DNA from: Burkholderiales bacterium
GTDB taxonomy: Bacteria > Pseudomonadota > Gammaproteobacteria > Burkholderiales > Burkholderiaceae_C
DNA: 64,000 bases
Assembly: GCA_038204335.1 (NCBI GenBank)
Contig: JBBRDA010000001.1
Span: 12,468 to 76,467, forward strand
Reading direction: 5' to 3'
The notes under the pieces were generated by a model that saw only the letters and a program-made list of their open reading frames with translations, was not told the DNA's origin and ran no database searches. The position numbers and the translations under genes were made by a program. This document shows positions 1 through 10,486 of this stretch, piece after piece (position 1 is the first letter of the stretch; every line of letters begins with the position of its first letter).

Positions 1-570
<570 letters not shown>

Positions 571-580
571 AGGCAATACG

Positions 581-1282
581 GTGGAAACTGCAACCTATAC
601 CAGCCGACGCAGCCAAATCGAAGACTACTTCGATCGCACGGCTGTGCAGGCCTGGGAGCAGCTCACGTCCGACGCTCCCGTTGGCCGAATTCGTACGACC
701 GTTCGCGCAGGGCGAACCAAGATGCGCGGAACTTTATTGTCTTGGCTGCCCGAGGATATGCGTGGACGAAGAGTTCTTGATGCAGGCTGTGGGACTGGCG
801 CCTTAGCAGTTGAGGCCGCACGCCGGGGTGCCGATGTGGTGGCGATTGATCTTTCGCCCAAATTGGTAGACCTTGCACGCCAACGTATGCCCGAATCTTT
901 TGCGCATGGCTCACTCGAATTTCGCAGCGGCGACATGCTCGACGACAAACTCGGCAACTTCGATCATGTGGTTGCGATGGACTCGATCATTCACTACGAA
1001 ACCAAGGATGCGGTAAACGCCCTCTCGCGGCTTGCTGAACGTACGTCAACATCTATCGCTTTTACCTTTGCACCACGTACACCCTTGTTGGCCGTCATGA
1101 TCTCTGTTGGCCGTTTGCTGCCACGTACCAATCGAGCGCCTTGGTTGGAGCCCATGGCCAAAGAAAAATTGCTGGATCTGATGGCATCAAGTCCCGCACT
1201 CGCAAACTGGAAGCACGCCAGGGATGAGCGGGTCTCTAGCGGTTTTTACAAATCTCAAGCCATGGAGTGGACGCGGCTGTGA
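581..1282 (+). CDS. bchM: Mg-protoporphyrin IX methyltransferase BchM
   Basis: SAM-MTase motif VLDAGCGTGALAVEAARRGADVVAIDLS and BchM-type N-terminus YFDRTAVQAWEQLTSDAPV. Start placed at GTG 581 (AAAGG 8 nt upstream). The ORF-track start at 548 would overlap bchL. Confidence 0.85.
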   Translation: METATYTSRRSQIEDYFDRTAVQAWEQLTSDAPVGRIRTTVRAGRTKMRGTLLSWLPEDMRGRRVLDAGCGTGALAVEAARRGADVVAIDLSPKLVDLARQRMPESFAHGSLEFRSGDMLDDKLGNFDHVVAMDSIIHYETKDAVNALSRLAERTSTSIAFTFAPRTPLLAVMISVGRLLPRTNRAPWLEPMAKEKLLDLMASSPALANWKHARDERVSSGFYKSQAMEWTRL

Positions 1283-2727
1283 AAATACCCAGCTTTAAGA
1301 ACGGCATTCGCCGCCTGCCCCTCGAATATTTGCCGTTCGCTGACGCTGCAAGCGCCGGCCTGCCGCTGGGGCGCTTGCTTAGGCTGTCGCTGTTCCAAGT
1401 CACTGTGGGTATGTCAGTAGCACTTATGCTGGGCACGCTCAACAGGGTGATGATCGTGGAGCTGGGCGTAGCCGCGTGGCTGGTGGCATTGATGGTAGCC
1501 ATTCCGTTGCTGGTGGCGCCATTTCGCGCTGTTACAGGGTTCCGTTCAGACACACACCGGTCAGCTTTTGGATGGCGTAGGGTACCGTTCATATGGACCG
1601 GCACCATGCTTCAATTCGTAGGCCTGACCTTCATGCCTTTTGCGTTGCTTGTGCTAACGGGGCAAGGCCAGATACCCACACCGGACTGGTTCAATCAAGG
1701 TATCGCGGGGTTGTCTTTTTTACTGGTGGGTCTTGGCTTGCAGACTTCCCAAACCGCTGGCTTGGCTTTAGCAACTGACTTGGCCGATGAACCCACCCGG
1801 CCACGAGTTGTAGCGTTGATGTACGTCATGTTGCTGGTGGGTATGGTCGGAAGTAGCTTCGTTTTTAGCTTCATGCTTCGGGACTTTACGCCCTTAAAAC
1901 TGATTCAGGTCATACAAGGTCACGCAGTGTTAACCTTAGTCTTGAATGCCATTTCATTGTGGAAGCAGGAAGCGCGTGACCCGGTGCGGGCGGCTGCCCT
2001 GAAACTGGAACCCGTTCCTGTGTTTAAAGAAACCTGGCAACGCTTCATCAGCAATGGCAAAGCCCGCCGGTTTCTGGTTATGGTGGCAATGGGTACCGCT
2101 GCATTCAACATGCAGGATATTGTTTTAGAACCATATGGCGGCGAGATTCTAAAGCTTGCAGTCAGCGCCACTACTTTGCTGACTGGGCTGCTCGCGGCAG
2201 GTTCTTTGGTTGCATTTGCTGTGGCTTCACGCAAACTATCTGCCGGCATTGATCCTTGTCGACTAGCTGCATATGGTGTCGTCTGCGGCCTGCCTGGCTT
2301 TTCTGCGGTCATTTTTGCAGCGCCACTTGAAGCAACCCCGTTGTTTTATATCGGGGTTTTTTGTATCGGCTTCGGTGCGGGACTTTTTTCAGTGAGTACG
2401 CTTGCAGCCGCTATGAGCATGGAGCGTAAAGAATTTGTGGGCCTTGCGCTTGGAGCCTGGGGCGCCGTACAGGCCACCGCAGCAGGTTTGTCGATTGCCT
2501 TCGGCGGCGTCGCGCGCGACTTCGTATCCAGTCTTGCACTTCAGGGCGCGCTCGGACCCGTGTTAGCTGTGCCTGTAACGGGCTATAGCTTTGTTTACTA
2601 CACAGAAATTTGTTTACTGTTCGTTACTCTAGTAGTCATTGGGCCGCTGGTCAAACGGGCGAGCCTGCCTCTTGAGAGTCAGGCAGCGAAAAATGAACGT
2701 TTTGGTTTGGCTGATTTGCCAGGCTAA
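1267..2727 (+). CDS. lhaA: LhaA / PucC-family (BCD MFS) LH1 assembly protein
   Basis: 486 aa polytopic membrane protein in the canonical position between bchM and puhA. An alternative GTG at 1279 would give a GTGA overlap with the bchM stop. Confidence 0.8.
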   Translation: MDAAVKIPSFKNGIRRLPLEYLPFADAASAGLPLGRLLRLSLFQVTVGMSVALMLGTLNRVMIVELGVAAWLVALMVAIPLLVAPFRAVTGFRSDTHRSAFGWRRVPFIWTGTMLQFVGLTFMPFALLVLTGQGQIPTPDWFNQGIAGLSFLLVGLGLQTSQTAGLALATDLADEPTRPRVVALMYVMLLVGMVGSSFVFSFMLRDFTPLKLIQVIQGHAVLTLVLNAISLWKQEARDPVRAAALKLEPVPVFKETWQRFISNGKARRFLVMVAMGTAAFNMQDIVLEPYGGEILKLAVSATTLLTGLLAAGSLVAFAVASRKLSAGIDPCRLAAYGVVCGLPGFSAVIFAAPLEATPLFYIGVFCIGFGAGLFSVSTLAAAMSMERKEFVGLALGAWGAVQATAAGLSIAFGGVARDFVSSLALQGALGPVLAVPVTGYSFVYYTEICLLFVTLVVIGPLVKRASLPLESQAAKNERFGLADLPG

Positions 2728-2813
2728 TCTACTCTTAGCAAGCCGTTCATTTTTGTTTCTATTGTCTTATCTGTTTTCTCGCAACTGTAACCGCCACCCT
2801 TAGGAGCCCCACC

Positions 2814-3578
2814 ATGCAAATAGGCGCCATTACCGGATATCTTGACTTGGCCCAGATCGTTTTATATGCGTTCTGGCTGTTTTTTGCTGGCATCATATTT
2901 TATTTGGTGCTTGAGGGCCATCGCGAAGGCTACCCTATGGAGTCAGAAGAGCGCCCGGGCGCAGCGCCAATTCTGGGCTGGCCTATTCCTTCGCCCAAAA
3001 CCTTCAAACTCGCCAACGGGAAAGAAGTCACTGTGCCAGAACTCAACCGCCCAGAGCCGCCAGTCACCACTCGGCGCGATGGCGCATCGTTTGGTAACCC
3101 ATACATCCCTACGGGCGATTTGATGACGTCTGGTGTGGGCGCTGGCGCTTACGCCATGCGCGCCGACGTGCCTGACATGGACCTGCATGGCCAACCCATC
3201 ATTCGCCCTCTGCGCGTCCTAAACGGCTTTGACGTTTCTAAGAACGATACCGACCCGCGCGGCTTACCGGTTCTGGGAACTGACAATAAAGTCGCCGGCA
3301 AAGTGGTTGATATGTGGGTTGACACATGCGAGATGATGTTCCGCTTTGTTGAAGTTGAGCTCGCAGATAGTGCCAAGCGCGTGTTGCTGCCAGTACCCTT
3401 TGCACGCATCAAAAGCGACAGCGTGAAGGCGCACAGCATTTACGCAGCGCAATTTGCCAATGTGCCAGCCACCAAAAGCGCTGACCAGGTCACGCTGTTG
3501 GAAGAAGAAAAAATAAGTGCTTATTACGGGGCAGGCACACTTTATGCTGATCCAAGTCGCGCGGAGCCGCTGTTGTGA
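2814..3578 (+). CDS. puhA: Photosynthetic reaction centre H subunit
   Basis: N-terminal TM helix LAQIVLYAFWLFFAGIIFYL followed by REGYP, then a PRC-barrel-like C-terminal part. AGGAG SD upstream. Confidence 0.9.
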   Translation: MQIGAITGYLDLAQIVLYAFWLFFAGIIFYLVLEGHREGYPMESEERPGAAPILGWPIPSPKTFKLANGKEVTVPELNRPEPPVTTRRDGASFGNPYIPTGDLMTSGVGAGAYAMRADVPDMDLHGQPIIRPLRVLNGFDVSKNDTDPRGLPVLGTDNKVAGKVVDMWVDTCEMMFRFVEVELADSAKRVLLPVPFARIKSDSVKAHSIYAAQFANVPATKSADQVTLLEEEKISAYYGAGTLYADPSRAEPLL

Positions 3579-4261
3579 ACATTCAAGACAATGGGCACGA
3601 ACACGAATTTGAAGCTTCTTACGGCCTGCCCGAGACCTTGCCGAAAGGTGAAAAAATTTTATGGCAAGGTGCGCCGGATTTCGCCGATGTGGCGGTGCGC
3701 GTTTTTCACCTTAAAAAAGCGGTCGTCTATTTTGCGATCCTGATGGCTGTCCGGGGAAGCTACCTGTATTCACTCGACGCACCGCCGGTGACAATCCTTG
3801 CAGGTACTCTGCTCGTTGCTGGGTTAGGGTTAACGGCTATGGCCGCGCTTGCGATGCTGGCATGGCTAACCGCACGAACCACTGCCTACACACTGACTGA
3901 CAAACGAGTAGTGATGCGCATTGGTATTGTGCTGACGTTGACCTTTAACTTGCCATTAAAACGCATCAAGACCGCTGGCTTGCATCTAACCAAGAAGGGA
4001 TTTGGCGATATGCCCTTGGTCTTGAGCGGTGGTGACCGGATTGGCTGGCTCAACTTGTGGCCGCATGTCAGGGCCTGGGAGATTGCCCAACCTCAACCAA
4101 TGCTGCGTTGCGTGCCTAATGCACAAGTGATCGCTACTACCTTGCAAAAGGCTTGGTCAGAAGCCACGGGCAATCTGCCCGGACCGAATGCGGCTGCCCC
4201 TCAAGGCACGCCAAATGCAGATTGGAATAACCGGCAGCCGTTTTCGAGCGACCCGGTTTAA
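3575..4261 (+). CDS. puhB: Photosynthetic complex assembly protein PuhB
   Basis: 228 aa, GTGA overlap with the puhA stop, two or three TM helices, conserved position after puhA. Confidence 0.75.
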   Translation: MNIQDNGHEHEFEASYGLPETLPKGEKILWQGAPDFADVAVRVFHLKKAVVYFAILMAVRGSYLYSLDAPPVTILAGTLLVAGLGLTAMAALAMLAWLTARTTAYTLTDKRVVMRIGIVLTLTFNLPLKRIKTAGLHLTKKGFGDMPLVLSGGDRIGWLNLWPHVRAWEIAQPQPMLRCVPNAQVIATTLQKAWSEATGNLPGPNAAAPQGTPNADWNNRQPFSSDPV

Positions 4262-4327
4262 GTCAATGGCTATTCAACTGTGGCAGGCAAAAACCCACCA
4301 ACGGCTAGCTCAAAATATTGATACGAT

Positions 4328-4798
4328 ATGAGCGAAATGACATCCCCTGTACAACGGCCCGACAGCTTCCCGCGGTGGGTGCTTTGGACAACCGGTCTTT
4401 TACTCATTTGCATCATGGGTGCCGTAGCACTTGTTCGCATCACAGGCAACGGGCCAGACCAACTTGCCGCAGCCACCATCACAGAGCGTTTACTGCGTTT
4501 CGAAGACAGGCCTGACGGGGGCGTAGCGGTCATCGATGGCGAGACCGGCAAACTCCTAACAGTCATAACTGGACAGCAAGGGTTTTTCCGGGGTGCCTTA
4601 CGTGCACTCACCAGAGATCGAGCGGCACGGAAAATTGGCTCTGAGCAGCCTTTCAAATTGATCTCCCGCACGGATGGAAGGTTAACCCTTTTTGACCCTA
4701 TGTCGGGGCAGCGCATCGACTTAGAATCGTTTGGCCCTACCAACGCAGCTGTATTCGTACCCTTGTTAACCATGCAGCCAGCACCTGATAAAAAGTAA
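4328..4798 (+). CDS. puhC: Photosynthetic complex assembly protein PuhC
   Basis: 156 aa, single N-terminal TM helix, position puhA-puhB-puhC. Confidence 0.7.
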   Translation: MSEMTSPVQRPDSFPRWVLWTTGLLLICIMGAVALVRITGNGPDQLAAATITERLLRFEDRPDGGVAVIDGETGKLLTVITGQQGFFRGALRALTRDRAARKIGSEQPFKLISRTDGRLTLFDPMSGQRIDLESFGPTNAAVFVPLLTMQPAPDKK

Positions 4799-4839
4799 GT
4801 TCTACGGCTCCTCCGCTTAACTCAAACTTAGAGCATTCC

Positions 4840-5922
4840 ATGCAAGCCAACACCATAGCATCACCAGTTACCCCCGAATCAGCCGCACTCAAAGCCAAGC
4901 AAGACACGCTGCTCAGCCCACGGTTTTACACGACTGATTTTGCAGCCATGGACCGCATTGACGTGTCGTCCCTGCGCACTGAATGGGACACCATGCTGGC
5001 TGAGTATGAAGGCGACAACAACCATGACCACTTTCAGCGCACTCCCGAGTTTGCTGTCGAAGTGGACCAGGTTTTTTCAAAAGTCAGCCCTGAGTTGCGC
5101 CAGGAGTTCATCGAGTTTTTAATCAGCTCTTTAACGTCTGAATTCTCGGGTTGCATTTTGTACAACGAGATCCAGAAGAATGTGACCAATCCCGACGTCA
5201 AGGCACTGATGCGCTATATGGCGCGAGACGAATCGCGCCATGCAGGCTTTATCAACCAGTCACTTAAAGACTTTGGTTTGGGACTTGATTTGGGTGACCT
5301 AAAACGCACCAAGGCTTACACCTACTTCAAACCCAAGTACATTTTTTACGCGACGTACTTGAGCGAGAAAATTGGCTACGCCCGTTACATCACCATCTTC
5401 AGGCAACTGGAACGACACCCCGACAAACGCTTTCACCCGATCTTTCGTTGGTTTGAGCGCTGGTGCAATGACGAGTTTCGCCATGGCGAATCATTTGCCC
5501 TCATCATGCGTGCCCAGCCGGGCTTGCTCAAGGGCTTGAATGTGTTGTGGATTCGCTTTTTCTTGCTGGCGGTTTACGGCACGATGTATGTGCGTGACCA
5601 TACCCGGCCGCAACTGAAAGCGGCGATGGGCCTGGACCCCACGACCTATGACTACGAAGTGTTTCGCATCACCAACGACATCACCAAGCAAGTCTTCCCG
5701 ATCTCGCTGGACATTGACAACCCTGCTTTTCGCGCTGGGATGACGCGCCTGTTTGCGGCACAAACCGGCATCTCCGCTGCCAAGGCTCAGGGCGGTCCGA
5801 TGGGTTGGCTCAAGCAGGGTTATTGGGCTGCAGTGGGCGCAGTTACCTTTATGCGTTTGTACGTGCTACCCATGAAGCAGCACGAGTTGCCTGCGCAAAT
5901 TCGCATGCAGCCGGTCTGGTAA
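4840..5922 (+). CDS. acsF: Aerobic Mg-protoporphyrin IX monomethyl ester oxidative cyclase AcsF
   Basis: Di-iron ExxH motifs ([15 protein letters not shown]) and N-terminal [11 protein letters not shown] typical of AcsF. Confidence 0.9.
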   Translation: MQANTIASPVTPESAALKAKQDTLLSPRFYTTDFAAMDRIDVSSLRTEWDTMLAEYEGDNNHDHFQRTPEFAVEVDQVFSKVSPELRQEFIEFLISSLTSEFSGCILYNEIQKNVTNPDVKALMRYMARDESRHAGFINQSLKDFGLGLDLGDLKRTKAYTYFKPKYIFYATYLSEKIGYARYITIFRQLERHPDKRFHPIFRWFERWCNDEFRHGESFALIMRAQPGLLKGLNVLWIRFFLLAVYGTMYVRDHTRPQLKAAMGLDPTTYDYEVFRITNDITKQVFPISLDIDNPAFRAGMTRLFAAQTGISAAKAQGGPMGWLKQGYWAAVGAVTFMRLYVLPMKQHELPAQIRMQPVW

Positions 5923-5962
5923 CGCTGCAATTGTCAGCACGGCACGCCCCATCACATCCGCT

Positions 5963-6760
5963 ATGTTTGATCTGATTGTTCCAGTGCTGTTTGCTGTTTT
6001 TATTTGGTGGTTTTCCACCGGTGTGGTGCTGTTGCTCAACGGCATGCCGCGGACCACCTTCCGATGGAGCGTATTGATCTCGTCCATGTTGGCGCTGACG
6101 GCCCTGTACGGCTTAGCCCACACGGCAAAGACCATGAACGTTGTAAATGCCTACTGCGCCTTTACCAGTGCGCTGCTGGTGTGGGGCTGGCATGAGCTGA
6201 CTTTTTTAACCGGTTGGCTGACTGGCCCGCGCCAACAGGCCTGCACCGCTGCCAGAGGCTGGCCACGCTTTAATCAGGCAGTGGCGGCCATTTTGTGGCA
6301 CGAGCTGGGCATACTGGCAGGCGGCCTGGCAATTGCTGCCATCACCTGGAATGCCCCCAACCAAGTGGGCTTGTGGACGTTTGCGGTTTTGTGGGCTATG
6401 CGTATCAGCGCCAAGCTCAATCTATTTTTCGGAGTGCGCAATTTGTCTGAAGAATTTTTGCCGACCCACTTGGTCTACATGGGCAGCTACTTCAGGCGGA
6501 GGCGGATGAATGCGCTTTTGCCTATTTCTATAGTGTTGTCGGCGACGGTTCTCGTTTTCATTGCGCTTCGCGCTATGAATATCGACACATCTGGCGCTGA
6601 CAAAGTAGGTTTGATCTTGGTTGGAAGCATGCTAGCCATGGCGATTTTGGAGCATTTTCTCCTGGTACTGCCCATGCCTTCAACGGCATTGTGGCGCTGG
6701 GCCATGCGACACCGCACGCCACTCGTCACGCCTGCGGCAGCAGATTCGATGGGACGTTGA
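5963..6760 (+). CDS. puhE: Putative photosynthetic complex assembly protein PuhE
   Basis: 265 aa polytopic Trp-rich membrane protein directly after acsF, as in other purple-bacterial PGCs. Confidence 0.7.
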   Translation: MFDLIVPVLFAVFIWWFSTGVVLLLNGMPRTTFRWSVLISSMLALTALYGLAHTAKTMNVVNAYCAFTSALLVWGWHELTFLTGWLTGPRQQACTAARGWPRFNQAVAAILWHELGILAGGLAIAAITWNAPNQVGLWTFAVLWAMRISAKLNLFFGVRNLSEEFLPTHLVYMGSYFRRRRMNALLPISIVLSATVLVFIALRAMNIDTSGADKVGLILVGSMLAMAILEHFLLVLPMPSTALWRWAMRHRTPLVTPAAADSMGR

Positions 6761-6764
6761 CGTT

Positions 6765-8345
6765 ATGACAGGTTCGCCTCTTTCGCCGCTTAATTTAGTT
6801 ACCGCCACGCCAGCTCCCGGCTTTGTAGCGCAAGGTTCGGGCTCGGGTCCTGCTGGCGAGCAAACTGCCATTGTGGTGGGCTCAGGCTTCGGCGGGCTGG
6901 CCGCTGCCATCAGGCTCAGCGCCATGGGCTACAAAGTCACGGTGCTTGAAAAGCTCGACGGCCCGGGGGGCCGCGGCTATGTACGCAAGCAGAACGGCTT
7001 TACTTTTGACGGTGGTCCCACCATCGTGACAGTGCCGTTTTTGTTTGAAGAGCTATGGGCGCTTTGTGGCAAGAAGTTTTCCGACGACGTAGAGCTGCGC
7101 TTAATGGACCCGTTTTACCGAGTGCGTTTTGACGATGGCACGCACTTTGATTACAGTGGCGATGCGGAAAAAATGCGCGCTGAAGTCGCCCGAGTCAATC
7201 CTGCCGACGTAGCAGGCTTCGACCGCTTTGTGTTGGAAGCTGACAAGTGCTATCAACTGGGGTTTGAAACCCTGGGCTGCAAGGCGTTTGACAGCATTGG
7301 CGACTTGGTAGCTGCGCTGCCAGCGATGATGAAAATGAAAGCCTGGCGAACCATGTTCAGCTTGGTGTCAGGTTACCTTAAGCACCCAAAGCTGCGTATG
7401 GCTATGAGCCTGCAAACGCTGTTGATTGGTGGCAACCCCTTTTCAGTCACGGGTGTTTACAGCCTGATCAACGCGCTTGAGCGCCGCTTTGGCGTGTATT
7501 CAGCCATGGGCGGTACAGGCTCCATCATTAACGGCATGGTCAAGCTGCTGACTGAATGCGGCGCGCCGGTGCGCTACAACGCCGAAGTCAGACAGATTGT
7601 GATCGAAGGCGGCCGCGCCACAGGGGTTGAGTTAGCAGGTGGTGAGCGTTTAGCCGCTGACATTGTGGTTTGCAACTCAGACACCTCATGGACCTACATG
7701 AACCTGATTGCGCCAGAGCACCGCAAGCATTGGACCAACAAACGCATTGAAAACGGCAAGCATTCAATGAGCCTGTTTGTTTGGTACTTCGGCACCAATA
7801 AACAGTACCCCGACGTGCCGCACCACACCATGGTGTTAGGCCCGCGCTACGAAGACTTGTTGACAGACATTTTTAAAAACCACAAGTTGACCGAAGACTT
7901 CAGCCTGTACCTGCACCGCCCCACAGCCACTGACCCGTCCGTAGCGCCCGCTGGATGTGACAATTTTTACGTACTCGCACCCGTGCCGCACCTTGACAGC
8001 GGCACCGACTGGGCCGTGCAAGCTGAGCCGTATCGGCAAGCCGTGTGCAAGCGGCTTGAGGAAACTCTGTTACCCGGCTTGGGTCAACACATCGTCACGT
8101 CCCATGTGATGACGCCGCAGCATTTTCATGATGATTTGCTGTCGTACAAAGGCGCCGCGTTTGGTCTGGAGCCTGTCTTGCTGCAAAGCGCTTGGTTTCG
8201 ACCGCACAACCGCAGTGAGGATATTGAAAACCTTTTCATGGTCGGCGCCAGCACGCACCCGGGGGCGGGCATGCCCGGCGTACTGATGTCGGCCAAGGCG
8301 TTGCAAACGGTAGTCCCTGAAATTCAACGCAAGGCCAAGGCCTGA
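6765..8345 (+). CDS. crtI: Phytoene desaturase CrtI
   Basis: FAD fold VVGSGFGGLAAAIRL, CrtI-family C-terminal motif MVGASTHPGAGMPGV, followed by crtB. Confidence 0.9.
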   Translation: MTGSPLSPLNLVTATPAPGFVAQGSGSGPAGEQTAIVVGSGFGGLAAAIRLSAMGYKVTVLEKLDGPGGRGYVRKQNGFTFDGGPTIVTVPFLFEELWALCGKKFSDDVELRLMDPFYRVRFDDGTHFDYSGDAEKMRAEVARVNPADVAGFDRFVLEADKCYQLGFETLGCKAFDSIGDLVAALPAMMKMKAWRTMFSLVSGYLKHPKLRMAMSLQTLLIGGNPFSVTGVYSLINALERRFGVYSAMGGTGSIINGMVKLLTECGAPVRYNAEVRQIVIEGGRATGVELAGGERLAADIVVCNSDTSWTYMNLIAPEHRKHWTNKRIENGKHSMSLFVWYFGTNKQYPDVPHHTMVLGPRYEDLLTDIFKNHKLTEDFSLYLHRPTATDPSVAPAGCDNFYVLAPVPHLDSGTDWAVQAEPYRQAVCKRLEETLLPGLGQHIVTSHVMTPQHFHDDLLSYKGAAFGLEPVLLQSAWFRPHNRSEDIENLFMVGASTHPGAGMPGVLMSAKALQTVVPEIQRKAKA

Positions 8346-8362
8346 AGCTTAAATTTTTGCCT

Positions 8363-9547
8363 ATGCACGAAGCCCAGCCATCAGTCGTCACGCCCTCCAG
8401 CCCCAGCACAACGGCTCAAAGCAACGCCAAGCACGGCTTCGACTACGAGGCCTGCCAGGAGCTGATGCGCGGCGGCTCCAAAACCTTTTTTGCAGCATCG
8501 CGCTTGCTGCCAAGCCGGGTGCGCGGTCCAGCGATTGCACTGTATGCCTTTTGCCGCGTGGCCGACGACGCGATTGACTTCAGTGATGACCGCGTCACGG
8601 CTTTGGCTGAGCTGAACGAACGCCTGCGCCGCGTGTATGCCGATGACCCTATGGCCTATGAGCCAGACCGCGCCCTGGCCGCCGTGGTGCGTGAATTCGA
8701 CTTGCCGCTAGAGCTGGTTGCCGCCCTACTTGAAGGCTTTGAGTGGGATGCTGAAGGCCGCCGCTACGAAACCATTGAAGACTTGCACGCTTACGGCGCA
8801 CGCGTGGCAGGCAGCGTGGGCGCGATGATGGCCGTAGTGATGCGTACCCGGGGGGAGCAAGCGCTGGCCCGAGCCTGCGACCTGGGCGTAGCGATGCAAC
8901 TCACCAACATTGCCCGCGACGTAGGCGAAGACGCCCGGTTTGGCCGACTGTATATGCCGATGGCCTGGATGCGTGAGGCGGGACTAGACCCGGATGCCTG
9001 GCTGGCCAACCCTGTTTTTGACTCCAAAATCGCGTCGGTTATTGACCGCCTGATCAAAGCTGCTGATGTGCTGTACCAGCGCTCAGAGCACGGCATTGGG
9101 CAGCTACCGCGCGACTGCCGCCCCGCCATTCGCGCCGCGCGGCTGGTGTATGCCGAAATTGGCCGAGAGCTTGAAAAGGCTGGCCTTGACAGCATCAATC
9201 ATCGCGCTGTGGTCTCTCGAAATCGCAAACTGGCCTTGCTGGCACGCGCCAGCGGCGCTGCCCTGCTGTCACCTGCGGACCCAAAACTGCAGTTTGCAGC
9301 GCTGCCCGCCAACCAGTTTTTAGTCGCTGCCGCAAAGCTCCCTCCAGGTGACACGCCAGCACTGCCGACTGAGAACCCGCGCCGCAGCTTTGAGGAGCGC
9401 GCCCGCTGGACGGCCGAGCTGTTTGAGCGCCTAGAGCGCAACGATGCGTCCCGCGCACCGTCCAGCCAAGCCCATGCAGCAGCTTACGCGGCAGCGCATG
9501 GTTATCGTATATCTGCCCAGCCAGCATCCCAAGAAGTCAGCGCCTAA
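8363..9547 (+). CDS. crtB: Phytoene synthase CrtB (with ~50 aa C-terminal extension)
   Basis: Squalene/phytoene synthase motifs YAFCRVADDAID and NIARDVGED. Start set at ATG 8363 (the track TTG at 8357 is also possible). Confidence 0.9.
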   Translation: MHEAQPSVVTPSSPSTTAQSNAKHGFDYEACQELMRGGSKTFFAASRLLPSRVRGPAIALYAFCRVADDAIDFSDDRVTALAELNERLRRVYADDPMAYEPDRALAAVVREFDLPLELVAALLEGFEWDAEGRRYETIEDLHAYGARVAGSVGAMMAVVMRTRGEQALARACDLGVAMQLTNIARDVGEDARFGRLYMPMAWMREAGLDPDAWLANPVFDSKIASVIDRLIKAADVLYQRSEHGIGQLPRDCRPAIRAARLVYAEIGRELEKAGLDSINHRAVVSRNRKLALLARASGAALLSPADPKLQFAALPANQFLVAAAKLPPGDTPALPTENPRRSFEERARWTAELFERLERNDASRAPSSQAHAAAYAAAHGYRISAQPASQEVSA

Positions 9548-9551
9548 AGCC

Positions 9552-9692
9552 ATGACAACCCTGATGGCCGTCAAGGTGCTGGGGCTGATCGGCTTGGGGG
9601 CCGCCTTTGTCTGGTGGCAACTGCGCGACTTGGCGAACGAGAAAAAACGCGCTGCCGACAGCGCATCTGAACGCGACAAAGATACCACTTGA
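9552..9692 (+). CDS. Candidate 46-aa single-TM peptide downstream of crtB
   Basis: ATG 4 nt after the crtB stop. MTTLMAVKVLGLIGLGAAFVWWQL hydrophobic helix, then a charged tail. No clear SD and no family recognised. Confidence 0.3.
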   Translation: MTTLMAVKVLGLIGLGAAFVWWQLRDLANEKKRAADSASERDKDTT

Positions 9693-9706
9693 TGGGATCA
9701 CAATTA

Positions 9707-9770
9707 CTATTAATTTAAGAGCTGCTTGCGCCCGTATTTATTGGTCTACAGCCCGATTTAATACCTAAAA
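9707..9770 (+). repeat. Dispersed ~68 bp repeat, full copy
   Basis: Core AGCTGCTTGCGCCCGTATTTATTGG shared with at least 11 other loci in the window. Confidence 0.8.
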
Positions 9771-9803
9771 TTCAGCATTTGTTGCCCCAAGGAGCACCGC
9801 ATC

Positions 9804-10214
9804 ATGTTAAGCCGGATGATCTATGTCAGTACCGCCGTGGGCCCCGTCACCACATCAGTTACTGGCACTATTCTGCGCAGCGCGCAAGCACACAACGCAG
9901 CTTCCGGGATCACCGGCGCACTGTGCCAAGGCCAGGGCGTTTACTTGCAAGTTCTTGAGGGCGAGCCCCAGCAGATCGAGGCTTTATATGCGCGTATCCT
10001 GCTCGACAAACGGCATCAAAAAATTGTGTTGCGCCAAAAAAAAGATATTTCCCACCGCCGCTACGGCAACTGGTCCATGGCGCATATTGACATGGGGCAA
10101 CCAAGTACGGACCGATCTGTTTTTGACCCCTACACTGCAAGCGAAGACCATCTGATAGCAAAGATGGATGAACTAATCGCATCAGGCAAGGTGATCAACG
10201 CACCTGTGGTGTGA
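9804..10214 (+). CDS. Short BLUF-domain blue-light FAD photoreceptor
   Basis: BLUF signature residues present: IYVS (Tyr), YLQVLEG (Gln), NWSMA (Trp/Met). 136 aa with no output domain. AAGGAG SD upstream. Confidence 0.85.
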   Translation: MLSRMIYVSTAVGPVTTSVTGTILRSAQAHNAASGITGALCQGQGVYLQVLEGEPQQIEALYARILLDKRHQKIVLRQKKDISHRRYGNWSMAHIDMGQPSTDRSVFDPYTASEDHLIAKMDELIASGKVINAPVV

Positions 10215-10426
10215 GGCGCCCAGACCCAGCAGGATAGCCGCGGCCGAACACGCCGCCACTTGCTATTGATTCGGGACCTTTTTGCATCGGTATTCATAAG
10301 GCTGCGCCCTTATTTTTAGTTTGCAACTGCTATTTTTAGGCCGTTTATCTTCGTGGAGCAGCAGCCCTTAGGCAAAGCTCTGCTTGAGTGCTGTTTTTGT
10401 GGCCGCTTTTATCCAAAATTTATACC

Positions 10427-10471
10427 TCCAAGCCAATATATACTAGTGTTAACAGCTATATATTAAATAGC
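10427..10471 (-). repeat. Degenerate copy of the dispersed repeat
   Basis: CCAAGCCAATATATAC...AACAGCTATATATTAAATAGC matches the repeat flanks, but the GC-rich core is replaced. Confidence 0.35.
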
Positions 10472-10486
10472 AAATGTAAATCTAGA

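Noticed and set aside
6765-6870. ~35-aa N-terminal extension of CrtI before the FAD GxGxxG motif as a mis-called start
   Set aside because: There is no in-frame ATG closer to the motif, and the ATG lies 2 nt after the puhE stop, consistent with coupling. The alternative GTG/TTG starts cannot be excluded, but nothing supports them.
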